From: Mustelus asterias
Lineage: Eukaryota
Direction of reading: 5' to 3'
Length of the DNA stretch: 64,000 nucleotides
Assembly (NCBI RefSeq): GCF_964213995.1
Contig: NC_135808.1
Span: 24,366,001-24,430,000, forward strand
A program made the translations under genes and the position numbers. The notes below the pieces were generated by a model, which saw only the letters and a list, made by a program, of their open reading frames with translations, did no database searches and was not told the DNA's origin. This document shows positions 62,514-64,000 of the stretch, piece after piece. Position 1 is the stretch's first letter; every line of letters starts with the position of its first letter.

Positions 62514-62783
62514 CCAGCTGTTGCTGTCCATATTCCAAGTAGATCTTCAGCCATTCAATGCACTCCTGCTCCAGGTAAAACTTCCACTGCTGATTATCCC
62601 AGGCCCTGATTTGTTGCCACCACGTCATGGTGTTCTCACCCCACGGTACCGGTGTCAGCCATACCTGCTCATCTTTATCAAATGTCATGAAATCTTGCCC
62701 GTCCCAGCCGAACTGTGAGAAGCCACTCGTCATCGAATCATCTGCCAGGTCACAGCCAGTTATCATCTGGAAGAAGTGGATCC
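62508..62783 (-). CDS. Copy D exon 3, alpha2 domain (alpha1 and leader presumably beyond the window)
   Basis: GIHFFQMITGCDL...FGWDGQDFMTF...ENTMTWW...YLEQECIEWLKIYLEYG; 276 nt open frame, CAG acceptor and GTGAGT donor. Confidence 0.95.
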
Positions 62784-62924
62784 CTGTCAATCAGACGTAT
62801 ACGACCAATGAGGCTCAGTTTGACTGAGTGACCCCACCACACAGTTAATCAGATATCACCTCGGAAGCCAGTGTTAATGGACCCCTGGACCGCAATATGT
62901 GTATTTATAAGACTCCTTAACATG

Positions 62925-63224
62925 TCATAGAATCCCTACAGTGCAGAAGGAGGCCATTCAGCCCATCGAGTCTGCACCGGCCACAATCCCACCCAGGCCC
63001 TATTCCCGTACCCCCACATATTTATCCTGCTAATCCCCTGACGCTAGGGTCAATTTAGCATGGCCAATCAACCTAACCTGCACATCCTTGGTCTGTGGGA
63101 GGAAACGGGAGCACCCGGAGGTAACCCACGCAGACACGAGGAGAACGTACAAACTCCACACAGACCTGAGGCCGGAATTGAACCCTGGCGCTGTGAGGCA
63201 GCAGTGCTAACCACTGTGCCACCC
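62925..63224 (-). mobile_element. V-domain SINE
   Basis: Typical head, core and tail in reverse complement. Confidence 0.85.
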
Positions 63225-63624
63225 CATGTAAATGATCCGCGAACCAAACCTATATTTAAAGGACCCCCCTGAACCTCGGACTAAGATTTAATTTGTCTGC
63301 AACTCCACACTACTAGACTCCCAATTGAAATATTTTAAGGAGACCTTCATCCACCAAATTCCCAATCATTATCGTCGTCATTTATTCATTCCTTTGAGTT
63401 CATGCTGGCTCTCTATATTGCAAACTGGTCAGTGTCATCCCCCCCGCTCTATCCCCACAGTGCTGACTATCTATTACTTTGATGTCCGATTCAATTTCCT
63501 TTTGAAGTCATTGATCGTCCCTGCTTCCATCGCCCTCACAGGCCAACAATCCCAGGTGTCTGCCAAGCACTTTGTGGAGAGGATTTTCCTGCATCTCCTT
63601 CCCAAAACCTGAAATCTGTGCCCC

Positions 63625-63975
63625 CACGGTGGCACAGTGGTTAGCACTGCTGCCTCACAGCGTCAGGGGCCTGGGTTTGATTCCGGCCTCGGGTCACTGT
63701 CTGCGTGGAGTTTGTACGATTTCCCCGTGTCTGCCTCCGGGTGCTCTGGTTTCCTCCCACAGTCAGAAAGACGTGCTGGTTAGGTGCATTGGCCATTTGG
63801 CCCATCGAGTCTGCGCCGACCACAATCTGCACCATATTCCCGTAACCCCACATATTTATCCTCTCCCTCAGTGTATCGAACAGCTGCCGGAGTGTGGCGA
63901 CGAGGGGGTTTTCACAGTAACTTCATTGCAGTGTTAATGTAAGCCTGCTTGTGACACCAATAAATAAACTTAAAT
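63625..63975 (+). mobile_element. V-domain SINE with an internal inverted SINE-tail fragment
   Basis: Plus-strand head and tail; 63791-63862 matches the opposite-strand tail of the other SINE subfamily. Confidence 0.75.
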
Positions 63976-64000
63976 TATAAACCAAACCTTGTACAATCAG

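Noticed and set aside
13423-62783. Assigning a gene symbol such as UAA, UBA or UEA
   Set aside because: Lineage cannot be fixed without a phylogenetic comparison; anchor residues are only partly lost.

Overview
Eukaryotic, repeat-rich DNA, almost certainly from a shark or other elasmobranch (V-domain/HE1-type tRNA-derived SINEs, CR1-clade LINEs, Penelope-like and Gypsy elements). The window holds a head-to-tail tandem array of four MHC class I heavy-chain gene copies on the minus strand, labelled A-D here. Copy A shows only its leader exon (5979-6027), and its promoter is damaged. Copy B (13423-25544) has leader, alpha1, alpha2, alpha3 and a terminal cytoplasmic exon. It carries two frameshifts and a nonsense codon, and it has lost the transmembrane (TM) and first cytoplasmic exons. 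Copy C (42000-43000) is a 3'-only relic: TM plus cytoplasmic exons. Copy D (54142-62783) has open alpha2, alpha3, TM and cytoplasmic exons; its alpha1 and leader presumably lie beyond the right edge. Noteworthy structure: (1) a doubled X1-X2-Y promoter module upstream of B, which is broken in A; (2) intronic minisatellites made of tandem copies of the 5' splice site; (3) strongly diverged alpha2 next to near-identical alpha3/TM exons between paralogs; (4) five minimal hammerhead-ribozyme motifs with covarying stem II in Penelope-like termini. All exon calls were made by hand from splice signals, phase and paralog comparison. No database search was possible, so the class I lineage is not assigned.
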